Of a stretch of DNA of 64,000 nucleotides, positions 41,614 to 51,921 are shown in pieces. The notes under the pieces are model-generated. The model worked only from the letters and a program-made list of their open reading frames with translations. It searched no databases and had not been told where the DNA came from. The stretch comes from Patescibacteria group bacterium. Lineage in GTDB: Bacteria > Patescibacteriota > Minisyncoccia > Phycocordibacterales > JAKFXT01. Made by a program: the position numbers and the translations under genes. The number at the start of each line of letters is the position of its first letter. The stretch's first letter is position 1. Location of the stretch: assembly GCA_021731245.1 (NCBI GenBank), contig JAKFXT010000002.1, forward strand, positions 24,164-88,163. Direction: 5' to 3'.

Positions 41614-42924
41614 ATGGAAAGAATATTAATCAAAGATTTAAAAAGTGAAGTGAGTAAAAGTGTCCTTATTAAAGGGTGGGTTTCTGTACGTCGCGACCAA
41701 GGTAAAATGGTCTTTTTTGATATTCGTGACAGGTCCGGTTCAGTCCAAGGGGTGGTCTTACCTCAAGCGACAGAGGCTATCTCTGTGGCTAAAGAAATTC
41801 GTCCAGAATATGTAGTTGAAATGGAAGGGATTGTTAACCAACGTCCTCCTAAAAATATAAATCCTGAAATACTAAATGGAGATATTGAACTTGAAATCAA
41901 ATCAATAAAAATACTTTCAGTTGCGGAGCCGCCTTTTGAATTGCAAAGTGAAATAAATATTGATACATATTTAGACCATCAGCCATTTACGCTTCGTTCA
42001 AGTCGCGCGAGAGACGTATTTAAAGTCCAGGAAACTCTTATTTCAGGATTCCGTGAAGGACTTAGAAATCAAGATTTTACAGAATTTCAAGCGCCAGCGC
42101 TTGTAGGAGGAGATGCAGAAGGGGGAGCGGCTGCTTTTACAGTTGATTATTATTACAATCAAAAAGCGTATCTAGCTACAAGTCCGCAATTTTATAAACA
42201 AATAATGGTTGGTGTATATGAAAGATGCTTTGCTACACCAAAAGTGTTTCGTGGAGAGAAGCATGCGACAACAAGGCATCTTTCAGAATATTCTTCATTG
42301 GATTTCGAAATGGGTTTTATAAATGATCACACTGATGTGATGGAGGTTTTAGAAAAGACAATAAATCACATAGTGTCCAGCATTAAAGAAAAACATACCG
42401 ATATATTAAAAAGATTTAATGTAGAAGAAATATTATTGCCGAGAAAAATCCCAGTACTGAAATTACGTGAAGTACAAAAAATATTAGGTGTAGCAGAAGA
42501 CCCAGATCTTGAACCAGAACAAGAGCGTGCGATTTCCGAATGGGCAAAAGAAAATCATAAAAGTGATTTTGTCTTTGTAACTCATTATCCTGTAAGTAAG
42601 AGACCTTTCTATACCTATGAGGATGAGAGCGATAAGGGTTTTACTAAAAGCTTTGACTTACTCTTTAGAGGCTTGGAAATTACAACTGGGGGACAACGTG
42701 TACACAATCACGATGAACTTATTGAGAGAATGAAAATGAAAGGGCTGGATCCTAAAAAATTCCTATTTTATCTAGAAGCTTTTAAGGTAGGCATGCCTCC
42801 TCATGGTGGCTCTGCAACAGGACTTGAGCGTCTTACAGCTCGTATATTGGGATTATCTAACGTAAAAGAAGCCACTCTCTTCCCAAGAGACATAAATCGC
42901 ATAGACACACTTCTTTCAGAGTAA
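41614..42924 (+). CDS. aspS: Aspartyl-tRNA synthetase, archaeal/eukaryal-type (436 aa, lacking the bacterial GAD insertion)
   Basis: Class II motif 2 (FRGEKHATTRHLSEYSSLDFEMGF), the QSPQ-type LATSPQFYKQ, and motif 3 GGSATGLERL. The short length suggests the non-discriminating type. Confidence 0.8.
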   Translation: MERILIKDLKSEVSKSVLIKGWVSVRRDQGKMVFFDIRDRSGSVQGVVLPQATEAISVAKEIRPEYVVEMEGIVNQRPPKNINPEILNGDIELEIKSIKILSVAEPPFELQSEINIDTYLDHQPFTLRSSRARDVFKVQETLISGFREGLRNQDFTEFQAPALVGGDAEGGAAAFTVDYYYNQKAYLATSPQFYKQIMVGVYERCFATPKVFRGEKHATTRHLSEYSSLDFEMGFINDHTDVMEVLEKTINHIVSSIKEKHTDILKRFNVEEILLPRKIPVLKLREVQKILGVAEDPDLEPEQERAISEWAKENHKSDFVFVTHYPVSKRPFYTYEDESDKGFTKSFDLLFRGLEITTGGQRVHNHDELIERMKMKGLDPKKFLFYLEAFKVGMPPHGGSATGLERLTARILGLSNVKEATLFPRDINRIDTLLSE

Positions 42925-42939
42925 TTACAAAGTCTTCCT

Positions 42940-43674
42940 ATGACCGATTTTTCTGTAAAACTAGATCAATTTGAAGGACCTTTAGATTTACTTCTAAATC
43001 TAATAGAGGATAGGAAAATGCACATAAATGACATTTCTTTGTCTAAAGTAACGGATGATTTCTTGTCTCACGTTAAAGAAATAGAAGAATACAAGCCAGC
43101 AAAAGTGGCTCATTTTATTTTGATAGCGTCCACCTTACTCTTAATAAAATCAAAGTCACTCCTCCCAACACTTTCCTTAACCACAGATGAGCAGGCTGAT
43201 ATTAAAGATTTAGAATACAGACTCAAAATGCTTCAAAGAATGCGAGATTTGAGTTTGGGTATAAAAAAGCAGTTTGGAAAAAATATAATTTTTCAAAAAT
43301 CAGAAAATAGATACTTTCAGCCAGTTTTTTCTCCAGAACCTGAGATTAATAAAGATGGGCTTTTGGAGTCAATAAAGAATGTAATAAATTCTATACAAAT
43401 AAAGGAGTTGCTTCCAAAGGTTTTAGTTAAAAAGGTCATAAGTATAGAGGAAATGATTAATAGACTCGTAGATAGGGTGCAAAAATCACTCAAGACTTCC
43501 TTTAGAGATTTCGCTAAAAACCAAGGAGGAGGGGATGAACGGATAAATCTAATAGTGGGTTTCTTGGCAATGTTAGAATTAGTTAAACAAGGAGCTGTTT
43601 CTGTTGCCCAGCAAGAAGATTTTGGTGACATTGAGATAGAAACTGCTTCAGTTGGGGTTCCTAGAATAATATAA
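42940..43674 (+). CDS. scpA: Segregation and condensation protein A
   Basis: FEGPLDLLLNLIEDRKMHINDISLSKVTDDFL is the ScpA N-terminal signature. Confidence 0.85.
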   Translation: MTDFSVKLDQFEGPLDLLLNLIEDRKMHINDISLSKVTDDFLSHVKEIEEYKPAKVAHFILIASTLLLIKSKSLLPTLSLTTDEQADIKDLEYRLKMLQRMRDLSLGIKKQFGKNIIFQKSENRYFQPVFSPEPEINKDGLLESIKNVINSIQIKELLPKVLVKKVISIEEMINRLVDRVQKSLKTSFRDFAKNQGGGDERINLIVGFLAMLELVKQGAVSVAQQEDFGDIEIETASVGVPRII

Positions 43675-43679
43675 AAGCC

Positions 43680-44252
43680 ATGGAACTCTCAAAATTAATT
43701 GAAGCTATACTTTTTTGGAAAGGAGAACCTATTTCTATTAAAAAATTATCTGAAATAACGAAAAAAAGTATATCGGATATTAATGAAGCTATAACAGTCC
43801 TAGAAAACTCTCTTTCTGAGAGAGGTGTCACTCTATTAAAAAAAGATGACGAGGTAATGCTTGGAACCAAAGGAGAAGCTAGTTCTTTAATTGAAAGCTT
43901 AATAAAAGAAGAACTTCAGAAAGACTTGGGTAAAGCGGGGCTTGAAACTCTCTCTACCATTCTTTATTTAGGACCGGCGACACGAAGCGAAATTGATTAT
44001 ATAAGAGGAGTAAATTCTTCTTTTATAATACGCAATCTACTTATAAGAGGATTAGTTGAGCGTTCTGAAAATGTCCCAAACAAAAGAGGTTACGCTTATA
44101 GTCCAACCTTTGATTTACTTTCTTATTTAGGAATTACTAAAGTAGAAGATTTACCAGAATACAAAGAATTACAGCAAGAATTACTTGAACGTAAAGATGA
44201 AAAGGAACGTGTTGATTATGAACAAAAATTATCAGAAAGTAAACAAGAATAA
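43680..44252 (+). CDS. scpB: Segregation and condensation protein B
   Basis: Tandem winged-helix protein (LIEAILFWKGEPISIKKLSEIT...) directly after scpA. Confidence 0.85.
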   Translation: MELSKLIEAILFWKGEPISIKKLSEITKKSISDINEAITVLENSLSERGVTLLKKDDEVMLGTKGEASSLIESLIKEELQKDLGKAGLETLSTILYLGPATRSEIDYIRGVNSSFIIRNLLIRGLVERSENVPNKRGYAYSPTFDLLSYLGITKVEDLPEYKELQQELLERKDEKERVDYEQKLSESKQE

Positions 44253-44257
44253 ATATT

Positions 44258-45328
44258 ATGATAATTGATGTTGTAAAAATATTTCTACCGACAGTCCTTT
44301 CCTTCGTTATAGGTATTACTTTGACTCCACTTCTGACTCATTACCTTTACAAATACCAAATGTGGAAAAAGAAAGCTGGTAAAATTGGGCTCGACGGAAA
44401 AGAAACTGTCATATTCAATCAATTACACAAAGAAAAAGAAGTGGGAACCCCTAGAATGGGAGGAGTCCTTGTTTGGCTCTCTGTTATTACAACGGCATTT
44501 ATTTTATGGTTTCTCGATTATATTTTCTTTGGTTCTACCTTTGATCAGCTAAACTTCTTCAGCCGAAATCAAACTTGGATTCCTATTGCAGCCATGTTTG
44601 TAGGTTCATTGGTTGGACTTATTGACGATTACTTAGAAATAAAGGGGACTGGAACTCATTTTTCAGGGGGGCTTTCACTTAAAAAAAGATTATTAGCTGT
44701 CGCAACCGTGGCTCTTCTTTGCGCTCTTTGGTTTTATTTCAAACTTGAAGTTGCAACTATCTGGCTTCCAGTTTTTGGTGATTTATATATTGGACCATTT
44801 TTCATTCTTTTGTTTGTTATTGTTGCTATAGCTATATATTCAGGTGGAGTCATAGATGGTATAGATGGCCTTTCTGGTGGAGTTTTTGCAGCTATGTTTT
44901 CTGCTTATGCTGGTATTGCTTTCTATCAACAACAATTGGACTTAGCTGCCTTTTGCGGAGTAGTAGTTGGAGGAATTCTTGCTTTTCTTTGGTTCAATAT
45001 TCCACCTGCTAGATTTTATATGTCAGAAACAGGTATGATGGGTCTCACTATAGCTCTATCAATTGTCGCCTTTATGACAGACTCTCTCGGAGAGGGAAAC
45101 GGTCTCATAGTTTTACCAATTATTGCTTTCCCACTTGCTATCACAACTCTTTCAAATATTTTACAATTATTCTCTAAAAAAATACGTGGAAAAAAATTAT
45201 TCTTAGTAGCGCCACTTCATCATCACTTTGAAGCATTAGGCTGGCCACCTTATAAAGTTACTATGCGTTATTGGATAGTTAGCGTTGTCTGCGCAATCTT
45301 TGGTTTAACCCTTGCCTTAATGCTTTAA
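44258..45328 (+). CDS. mraY: Phospho-N-acetylmuramoyl-pentapeptide transferase
   Basis: Glycosyltransferase family 4 motifs (GTPRMGGVLVWLSV, GLIDDY) and the mraY-ftsW-murG context. Confidence 0.85.
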   Translation: MIIDVVKIFLPTVLSFVIGITLTPLLTHYLYKYQMWKKKAGKIGLDGKETVIFNQLHKEKEVGTPRMGGVLVWLSVITTAFILWFLDYIFFGSTFDQLNFFSRNQTWIPIAAMFVGSLVGLIDDYLEIKGTGTHFSGGLSLKKRLLAVATVALLCALWFYFKLEVATIWLPVFGDLYIGPFFILLFVIVAIAIYSGGVIDGIDGLSGGVFAAMFSAYAGIAFYQQQLDLAAFCGVVVGGILAFLWFNIPPARFYMSETGMMGLTIALSIVAFMTDSLGEGNGLIVLPIIAFPLAITTLSNILQLFSKKIRGKKLFLVAPLHHHFEALGWPPYKVTMRYWIVSVVCAIFGLTLALML

Positions 45329-45335
45329 AATAAAT

Positions 45336-46436
45336 ATGGGCTCAAACAGATATGACAGAGTTCTCTTTTTCATAGCAGCTGTACTGATTGTCGGTGGTTT
45401 CATAATATTTTCCTCAGCTTCTTTAGGACTTTTAGCACGCGAGGGGGCAAGTTTTGGCAGTATTGCTTTAAAACAATTAATTTTTGGTTTAGGCTTTGGA
45501 AGTGTTGCTTTTTTTATTGCCTTAAATTTACATTATAAAAATTATAGGAAATACGCCTTTTATTTTTTCTTATCGGCCATAATTTTAACCTGTCTTGTTT
45601 TTGTACCTGGTATTGGTTTTTCTCACGGAGGAGCTAAACGTTGGATTGAATTTGCTTCAATTTCTTTTCAACCTGGAGAATTACTAAAGATTGCTTTTGT
45701 AATATATTTTGCCGCTTGGCTTTCTGCTATAAAAGATAAGGTTCAAGTCTCTCGCTTTGGCGTAATACCTTACATAATATTGTCTGTAATAGTGGGCGGC
45801 ATTCTTCTTGCTCAACCAGACACAGATGGATTTCTAATAATTGCTCTAACTGGATTCATAATGCTCTCCGTCTCCGGTGCTAATTGGAAACATTTTATTT
45901 TATTTGCAATTCTCGGAGCTGTCGCTGTAGGAGGTCTTTTTTATACTAAACCATACATAAAAGATCGTGTTTTGACTTTTTACAAGCCAGAGTTGGCTGA
46001 TGACCTTGGTTCTGGGTATCAAATAAATCAATCCTTGATTGCAATAGGCTCCGGAGGGCTCTCTGGTCGGGGCTTTGGCCAAAGCATACAAAAATTTGAA
46101 TATTTACCAGAACCGATAGGGGATTCTATATTCGCCGTTGCAGGAGAAGAATTCGGTTTTATTGGCACAACCACGCTACTTATATTTTTTATTATTTTTG
46201 CATTACGTGGAATTAAAATATCAAGCAACGCGAAGGACTCATTCGGGCAATTATTGGGTATTGGCATTGTCCTCCTGATTATCATTCAGTCCTTTATAAA
46301 CATGGCTTCGATGATTGGTCTTTTCCCACTCTCTGGGACCCCTCTCGTATTTGTAAGCCAAGGGGGAACATCTCTCATGTTGGCGCTTGCTGAAGTGGGG
46401 ATTCTCTTAAACATATCTAGATACCAGAAGAGCTAA
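45336..46436 (+). CDS. ftsW: SEDS-family peptidoglycan glycosyltransferase FtsW/RodA
   Basis: ~10 TM helices with a conserved C-terminal region (GLFPLSGTPLVFVSQGGTSL). Lies between mraY and murG. Confidence 0.85.
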   Translation: MGSNRYDRVLFFIAAVLIVGGFIIFSSASLGLLAREGASFGSIALKQLIFGLGFGSVAFFIALNLHYKNYRKYAFYFFLSAIILTCLVFVPGIGFSHGGAKRWIEFASISFQPGELLKIAFVIYFAAWLSAIKDKVQVSRFGVIPYIILSVIVGGILLAQPDTDGFLIIALTGFIMLSVSGANWKHFILFAILGAVAVGGLFYTKPYIKDRVLTFYKPELADDLGSGYQINQSLIAIGSGGLSGRGFGQSIQKFEYLPEPIGDSIFAVAGEEFGFIGTTTLLIFFIIFALRGIKISSNAKDSFGQLLGIGIVLLIIIQSFINMASMIGLFPLSGTPLVFVSQGGTSLMLALAEVGILLNISRYQKS

Positions 46437-46450
46437 GCAAATGAGCCAAA

Positions 46451-46470
46451 AATGGCTTTTTTTGATATAA
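46451..46470 (+). terminator. Rho-independent terminator after ftsW
   Basis: AGCCAaaaaTGGCT followed by tttttttg. Confidence 0.45.
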
Positions 46471-46522
46471 TTAGCCCTATACGGTCATGGATGAGGGAGT
46501 CTTAATTTAGCTTTAAAACCCA

Positions 46523-47650
46523 ATGAAAATACTATTCACCGGTGGCGTCACGGGAGGGCATTTCTATCCTATTATCGCCATAGCCAAGGAAGTACAGAAA
46601 ATAGCAAAAGAGGAGCATGCTTTGCCCCCTAAGATGTACTTTATGGCGCCCGGCCCATATGACACCAGGCTTCTTTTTGAAAATGAGATTGAATTTATTC
46701 AGGCCCCAGCGGGTAAAATGCGTCGTTATTTTTCTATAGCTAACTTTTTTGACTTAATAAAAACTTTTATTGGTGTAATTAAAGCGATAATATCGGTCTT
46801 CTCTGTATATCCAGATGTTGTTGTAGGGAAAGGTGGGTACGGTTCATTTCCAGCACTTTTGGCCGCAAGATTGTTTAATATACCAGTGATAATTCATGAG
46901 TCCGACACAGTACCTGGAAAAGTTAATTCTTGGGCGGGTAAATTTGCCACTCGCATCGCAACGTCCTACCCAGAAACTGTTAAATTATTTTCAGAAGAAA
47001 GAACTGCTTGGACGGGACAACCAATAAGATATGAAGTGACTCAGCCGATTAAAGAAGGTGCTCACGAATTTCTAAAACTTGAAAAAGAAGTACCGATAAT
47101 TCTTATTTTGGGCGGCTCTCAAGGAGCTCAAAAATTAAATGATGTCATTTTGGATTTACTTCCAAAATTATTAAATAAGTATCAAATAATTCACCAGACA
47201 GGAGAGGCGAATTATAAAGATGTGATTAATACAGCTTCTGTTGTTCTAGAAAAACATGAGCACCCTACTCGTTACAGGCCATTTGCGTATTTAAATGAAT
47301 TGGCTCTTCGAATGAGCGCAGGAGTCTCTTCCGTTATAGTCACTCGTGCCGGCTCTACTTTATTTGAAGTAGCAAGTTGGGGATTACCTTCAATTGTTGT
47401 GCCAATTGGAGAAGATGTAAGTCATGACCAGACTACAAACGCTTTTGCATATGCAAGGTCAGGTGCCGCAAACGTAATAGAAGAAAAGAATTTAACTTCA
47501 AGCATTTTGGATTTTGAAATTGATAAAATAATGAATAACAAAGATTTGCAAGAAAATATGAAGAAAGAGGCTTTAGCTTTTGCCAAACCGGACGCAGCAA
47601 AAAAAATAGCTAGGGCCATCTTTGAAATAGCTATTAAACACGAATCATAA
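46523..47650 (+). CDS. murG: UDP-N-acetylglucosamine--N-acetylmuramyl-(pentapeptide) pyrophosphoryl-undecaprenol N-acetylglucosamine transferase
   Basis: N-terminus MKILFTGGVTGGHFYPIIAIAKE and the GT-B C-domain GGSQGA. Confidence 0.9.
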   Translation: MKILFTGGVTGGHFYPIIAIAKEVQKIAKEEHALPPKMYFMAPGPYDTRLLFENEIEFIQAPAGKMRRYFSIANFFDLIKTFIGVIKAIISVFSVYPDVVVGKGGYGSFPALLAARLFNIPVIIHESDTVPGKVNSWAGKFATRIATSYPETVKLFSEERTAWTGQPIRYEVTQPIKEGAHEFLKLEKEVPIILILGGSQGAQKLNDVILDLLPKLLNKYQIIHQTGEANYKDVINTASVVLEKHEHPTRYRPFAYLNELALRMSAGVSSVIVTRAGSTLFEVASWGLPSIVVPIGEDVSHDQTTNAFAYARSGAANVIEEKNLTSSILDFEIDKIMNNKDLQENMKKEALAFAKPDAAKKIARAIFEIAIKHES

Positions 47651-47652
47651 AA

Positions 47653-49047
47653 ATGAAAATAATTACCCGATTTCCACCGAGTCCAACGGGACTTCTTCAT
47701 ATAGGTAGTGCAAGAACCGCCCTTTTTAATTATTTATATGCCCAAAAAGAGGGGGGTAAAATGCTTTTGCGCTTTGAAGACACTGATAAGTCTCGTTCCA
47801 AAAAAGAATATGAGGAAGATATTTTCAAAGGGCTTGAGTGGCTTGGAATGGGGTTTAGTGAAGTCTTTCACCAATCAGAAAGAACTTTAGTTTATAGAAA
47901 ATATTTGGAAAAACTTTTAGCGGAAGAGAAAGCTTATTATTCTGATGAAAGTAAGGTCACAGAATTTAAAAGTGAGGGAGATGAATCAGAAAACCCAGCT
48001 GAAACTCTTATAGACGCTCCACTTCGCGTGATAAGACTTAAAAATCCTAAAAAAGTCATAACTTTTAATGACGCTGTGCGTGGCGAAATCTCAATTGATA
48101 CTACTGAACTTGGTGATTTTATTATCGCAAGAAGTATAGAGGAACCCCTATACCACTTCGCGGTCGTGGTAGACGACTTTGAAATGGAAGTAAGTCATAT
48201 AATAAGAGGGGAGGACGGAATATATAATGCACCAAGGCAAATATTGATACAGGAAGCAATCGGTGCACCTCGCCCCGTTTATTGCCATATACCATTCGTT
48301 TTAGGCGAGGATAAAAGCAAACTCTCTAAAAGGCATGGTGCAGTGTCCGTGAATGAATACAGAGCCATGGGAATTCTGCCGGATGCCCTTTTAAACTATT
48401 TAGCACTTCTTGGCTGGAACCCAGGAACTGAAAAAGAAATATTTACTCGTGAAGAGCTTATAAAAGAATTCTCTTTCTCTAAAATTCAAAAGAGTGGAGC
48501 TGTTTTCAATCTCGAGAAGCTCCGTTGGGTAAATAGAGAGCATATAAAAAATATGCCTCTGCCTGATTTCAAAAAGTTAGTACTTTTGTGGATTCCTAAA
48601 GAAATAACGACACTTCCTGAGTGGAGTGATGATCGTCTTAATAGATTTCTACCAGATTTGAAAGATAGAATTGCTGTTTTAAAAGAAATAAATGATTTGG
48701 CGAATGCAGGCGAACTTTCTTATATATTTGATAAACCACAATATGAAACAGAACTTTTATTACCTAAGAAGGGCGAAAAAAGTAAGGAGGTGCTCGTCTC
48801 ACATCTAGAAAAAGTTGTTGATTTTATAAGCACAATAGATGCTACAAAACTTTTCAACAAAGATACTGTAAAGGAAGCAATTTGGGATTATGCAGGAGAA
48901 CAAGGTAGGGGGAATGTACTCTGGCCAATGCGTGTTGCCCTTTCTGGTAAGCAGAAATCACCTGACCCATTTACCCTTTCAGAAATTTTTGGAAAGGAGC
49001 AGACCACAATCAGATTGCAGAGCGCTATAGCATTGCTCAAAGGTTGA
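47653..49047 (+). CDS. gltX: Glutamyl-tRNA synthetase
   Basis: N-terminus TRFPPSPTGLLHIGSARTALFNYLYA (HIGH-like), and KLSKR. Confidence 0.9.
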   Translation: MKIITRFPPSPTGLLHIGSARTALFNYLYAQKEGGKMLLRFEDTDKSRSKKEYEEDIFKGLEWLGMGFSEVFHQSERTLVYRKYLEKLLAEEKAYYSDESKVTEFKSEGDESENPAETLIDAPLRVIRLKNPKKVITFNDAVRGEISIDTTELGDFIIARSIEEPLYHFAVVVDDFEMEVSHIIRGEDGIYNAPRQILIQEAIGAPRPVYCHIPFVLGEDKSKLSKRHGAVSVNEYRAMGILPDALLNYLALLGWNPGTEKEIFTREELIKEFSFSKIQKSGAVFNLEKLRWVNREHIKNMPLPDFKKLVLLWIPKEITTLPEWSDDRLNRFLPDLKDRIAVLKEINDLANAGELSYIFDKPQYETELLLPKKGEKSKEVLVSHLEKVVDFISTIDATKLFNKDTVKEAIWDYAGEQGRGNVLWPMRVALSGKQKSPDPFTLSEIFGKEQTTIRLQSAIALLKG

Positions 49048-49072
49048 GAAGTTAAAATCAAATTGTAAATTT

Positions 49073-50452
49073 ATGTTTAAAAAAGCTCTTCACAAAAAAA
49101 TAAAAATCTTCTTCTCAGCAACTATTTTACTCTCAGTTCTTTTTCCTAATATACTCATATCAGTGAGTGCCCAAGTATCGACAAGCACCCTAACCTCAGT
49201 AGAAGAAGCTGAAGCGGCACTCAAAGCCGAGGAAGACGCTCGCCTTCAAAAGGAATCTAGTATTTCTCAAATAAAATCCCAAATAAGTACCAAAAACCAA
49301 GAAATAGCGGAACTGGAAAAAGAAATAAAAGAATTCCAAGAACAAATACAAAAGACGGGCACAGAACAAAAAACCTTAAATAATGAGCTTAAAACTCTAG
49401 AATTAACCCGCAAAAAACTAGCGGCGGATATTTCTCTTACTAATAAGAAAATAGAAAGTACAAATCTTACAATTCAATCCTTAACTAAAAATATTTCGCA
49501 AAAACAAAGCGCTATCGGAGTCCAACAAGACGGACTTCGTTCAACCATAAAAAAAGCTAAAGAAGCTGATGACTTTTCATTACTTGAGGCACTTCTCAAA
49601 AATCAATCACTAAGTACTTTTTGGAATACAAAAATTGAGCTTGCTGAACTCCACGAAAGCATGTCGGCTCGTGTACAGACGCTTCTTGCCATAAAAGAAG
49701 ACCTGACTAAAACCAAGACAACGACAGAAGTAGAGCAAAAAAAACTAACTAAATTAAACAGCCAATTGGGAGATCAGAAAAACATTGTTGAAGTAAATAA
49801 AAAACAAACAGATCAAGTACTAAAAGAAACAAAAAATAAAGAGTCGGAATATAAAAAGCTATTAGCGGAACGCGAGGCACGTCGTCTTGCTGTAGAAAAA
49901 GAAGTTAGTGACTACGAGTCGCAGCTTCGCCTCATCATTGACCCAAATAGTTATCCAACACCAAGCAAAGTGCTTTTTGCGCCACTTGATATTTTACTTA
50001 TGACGCAGGCTTTTGGTGACACTGACTTCGCAAGACAAAATGCCGGTGTTTATAGTGGTAAGGGTCACAATGGAGTGGACTTCAGAGCATCTCCCGGAAC
50101 TCCAGTAAAGTCCGCCGCATCCGGCATTATCCTTGGAACAGGAAACACTGACACAGTGTGTCCTGGGGCCTCATACGGCAAATGGGTATTTATAAAGCAC
50201 GGCAACGGTCTCTCCACCATTTACGCCCACCTCTCGCTTATAAAGGCCGTGGAAGGGACTCAGGTTGAGGCAGGGGAACTCATTGGATATTCAGGTAATA
50301 CTGGATACTCCACTGGCCCACACCTACACTTTGGATTATTCGCTTCTCAAGGAATTCAAATAACAAATCTTAAGAGTAAGGTTTGTCGTGGTACTTACAG
50401 AGTTCCTGTTGCGGACCTACGTGCCTATCTAAACCCAATGTTGTATCTCTAG
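49073..50452 (+). CDS. M23-family metalloendopeptidase with an N-terminal signal/TM segment and a long coiled-coil (EnvC-like)
   Basis: HxxxD (GHNGVD), the ...GNTGYSTGPHLHF motif (HxH) and ~250 aa of heptad-repeat coiled coil. Confidence 0.8.
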   Translation: MFKKALHKKIKIFFSATILLSVLFPNILISVSAQVSTSTLTSVEEAEAALKAEEDARLQKESSISQIKSQISTKNQEIAELEKEIKEFQEQIQKTGTEQKTLNNELKTLELTRKKLAADISLTNKKIESTNLTIQSLTKNISQKQSAIGVQQDGLRSTIKKAKEADDFSLLEALLKNQSLSTFWNTKIELAELHESMSARVQTLLAIKEDLTKTKTTTEVEQKKLTKLNSQLGDQKNIVEVNKKQTDQVLKETKNKESEYKKLLAEREARRLAVEKEVSDYESQLRLIIDPNSYPTPSKVLFAPLDILLMTQAFGDTDFARQNAGVYSGKGHNGVDFRASPGTPVKSAASGIILGTGNTDTVCPGASYGKWVFIKHGNGLSTIYAHLSLIKAVEGTQVEAGELIGYSGNTGYSTGPHLHFGLFASQGIQITNLKSKVCRGTYRVPVADLRAYLNPMLYL

Positions 50453-50516
50453 GGCTGTATTTGTAACCCACAAGCAATAACTTACAACTCATCATATTTA
50501 AGATAAAATTACATTA

Positions 50517-50831
50517 ATGAAAAGACAAACAAACGGGGGATTAGTGGGGCTCATAATAATGATAGTAATCGGAATATTTGCGCTTAGTTATTTTGGGATT
50601 TCTATTCGCGGTATAACCGAGTCCGACACAGGTAAAGAAAATATCGGTTTCGTAAAAGAAACTTCTATAAAGATTTGGGATGGTTATCTCAAAAAACCAG
50701 CTGAATATCTCTGGTATGACATTTGGCTAGACCTATCATGGCACCCATTTGTAGAAACATTAAAATCCCTTAAAGCGGGTAGGGGAACGGGAATAGAGCC
50801 ACCCACACCCAATCTCACTTCTGTAGATTAG
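50517..50831 (+). CDS. Hypothetical small membrane-anchored protein
   Basis: One N-terminal TM helix. 104 aa. Confidence 0.35.
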   Translation: MKRQTNGGLVGLIIMIVIGIFALSYFGISIRGITESDTGKENIGFVKETSIKIWDGYLKKPAEYLWYDIWLDLSWHPFVETLKSLKAGRGTGIEPPTPNLTSVD

Positions 50832-50836
50832 TTTTT

Positions 50837-51316
50837 ATGTCACACATAAACGAGAAAATTGACTACACAGTGGATGTTTATATTGTCTACAAAAATAAAG
50901 TACTGCTCCGTTTACATGAAAAATACAATGTTTGGCTTGGAGTTGGTGGCCACATAGAACTTGATGAAAATCCAAATCAAGCAGCAATTCGTGAAGTAAA
51001 AGAAGAAGTTGGTCTCGACATAACTATTTTTAATTCCTTAGATTTAGAAATATCTAAAATTAATAAAGAAAAAAAGAATGGAAAATATTTAGAATTAATA
51101 CCTCCAGTCTTTATGAATATGCATCCAATAGATGATATTCACAGTCATGTATCTTTAATATATTTCGCTGAAGCCAAGAATGATGAGGTTATTCCAGAAA
51201 ACATTGATGATCAATGGAAATGGTTGTCCAAAAAAGAATTAGAGGAAATGCAAAATGAAATTCATCCTCAAGTTTATCTCTATGCAAACAAAGCATTAGA
51301 GTGTTTGACAAATTAA
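50837..51316 (+). CDS. Nudix hydrolase
   Basis: Perfect Nudix box, GGHIELDENPNQAAIREVKEEVGL (Gx5Ex7REUxEExGU). Confidence 0.75.
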   Translation: MSHINEKIDYTVDVYIVYKNKVLLRLHEKYNVWLGVGGHIELDENPNQAAIREVKEEVGLDITIFNSLDLEISKINKEKKNGKYLELIPPVFMNMHPIDDIHSHVSLIYFAEAKNDEVIPENIDDQWKWLSKKELEEMQNEIHPQVYLYANKALECLTN

Positions 51317-51394
51317 ATAATAAATTGTAAAGTTTTTAAAGCGTACAAATTGGGCAATCTTGCCCAAACCAAACAAAGAAAGGTGGATAAAACC

Positions 51395-51826
51395 ATGGAA
51401 GAAGACCCGGGCTTTTTGAGGAGGAATCTCCTCTACAAGTATCTGGGAGATGTGGAGCCATACATCAAGCGCTATTACTGGGTGGCCATCATCTGCGGAG
51501 TGGTCCTCTGGTACGGCTGGCTCCCCAGCGGTTGGGTCAAGGCCTCTACTTGGGTTGCCTTCATCCCAACGCTTTTCGTTGCCTTATTTCACTTCGTTTC
51601 CGCTTACAACACAAGACGTGAAGAAAGACAGGAAATTGAGGAAAGAAAATCGAAGAAAAACAAAAAACCAAGCAACGAGGACACTGTCATCAGCCTCGAG
51701 ACAAGAAGAATTCGGGCGGCGAAAAAAAGGCAGGAGGAAGCCCAGCAGGCCGCCGCAAAAAAGGAAGGGGAGAGAAAAGAGCAGGAGAAACAAGACCACC
51801 TGGACTTCACCCAGGTCCAGAAGTAA
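51395..51826 (+). CDS. Hypothetical protein with two TM helices and a highly charged K/E/R-rich tail. Start chosen at the SD-preceded Met.
   Basis: AAAGGTGGA sits 7 nt upstream of the ATG at 51395. Followed by the terminator GGCCGGAAGC-ccagc-GCTTCCGGCC plus a T run. Confidence 0.5.
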   Translation: MEEDPGFLRRNLLYKYLGDVEPYIKRYYWVAIICGVVLWYGWLPSGWVKASTWVAFIPTLFVALFHFVSAYNTRREERQEIEERKSKKNKKPSNEDTVISLETRRIRAAKKRQEEAQQAAAKKEGERKEQEKQDHLDFTQVQK

Positions 51827-51842
51827 GAACACCAAGAACACC

Positions 51843-51880
51843 CCGGCCGGAAGCCCAGCGCTTCCGGCCATTTTTTTATT
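51843..51880 (+). terminator. Rho-independent terminator (plus strand)
   Basis: ggccggaagcccagcgcttccggcc followed by atttttttatttt. Confidence 0.65.
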
Positions 51881-51894
51881 TTATATAAAAACAA

Positions 51895-51917
51895 ACGCCC
51901 CGACGCGACGTCGGGGC
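51895..51917 (-). terminator. Rho-independent terminator for the convergent minus-strand gene
   Basis: gccccgacg-cga-cgtcggggc followed, on the minus strand, by a T-rich run. Confidence 0.55.
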
Positions 51918-51921
51918 TGGC

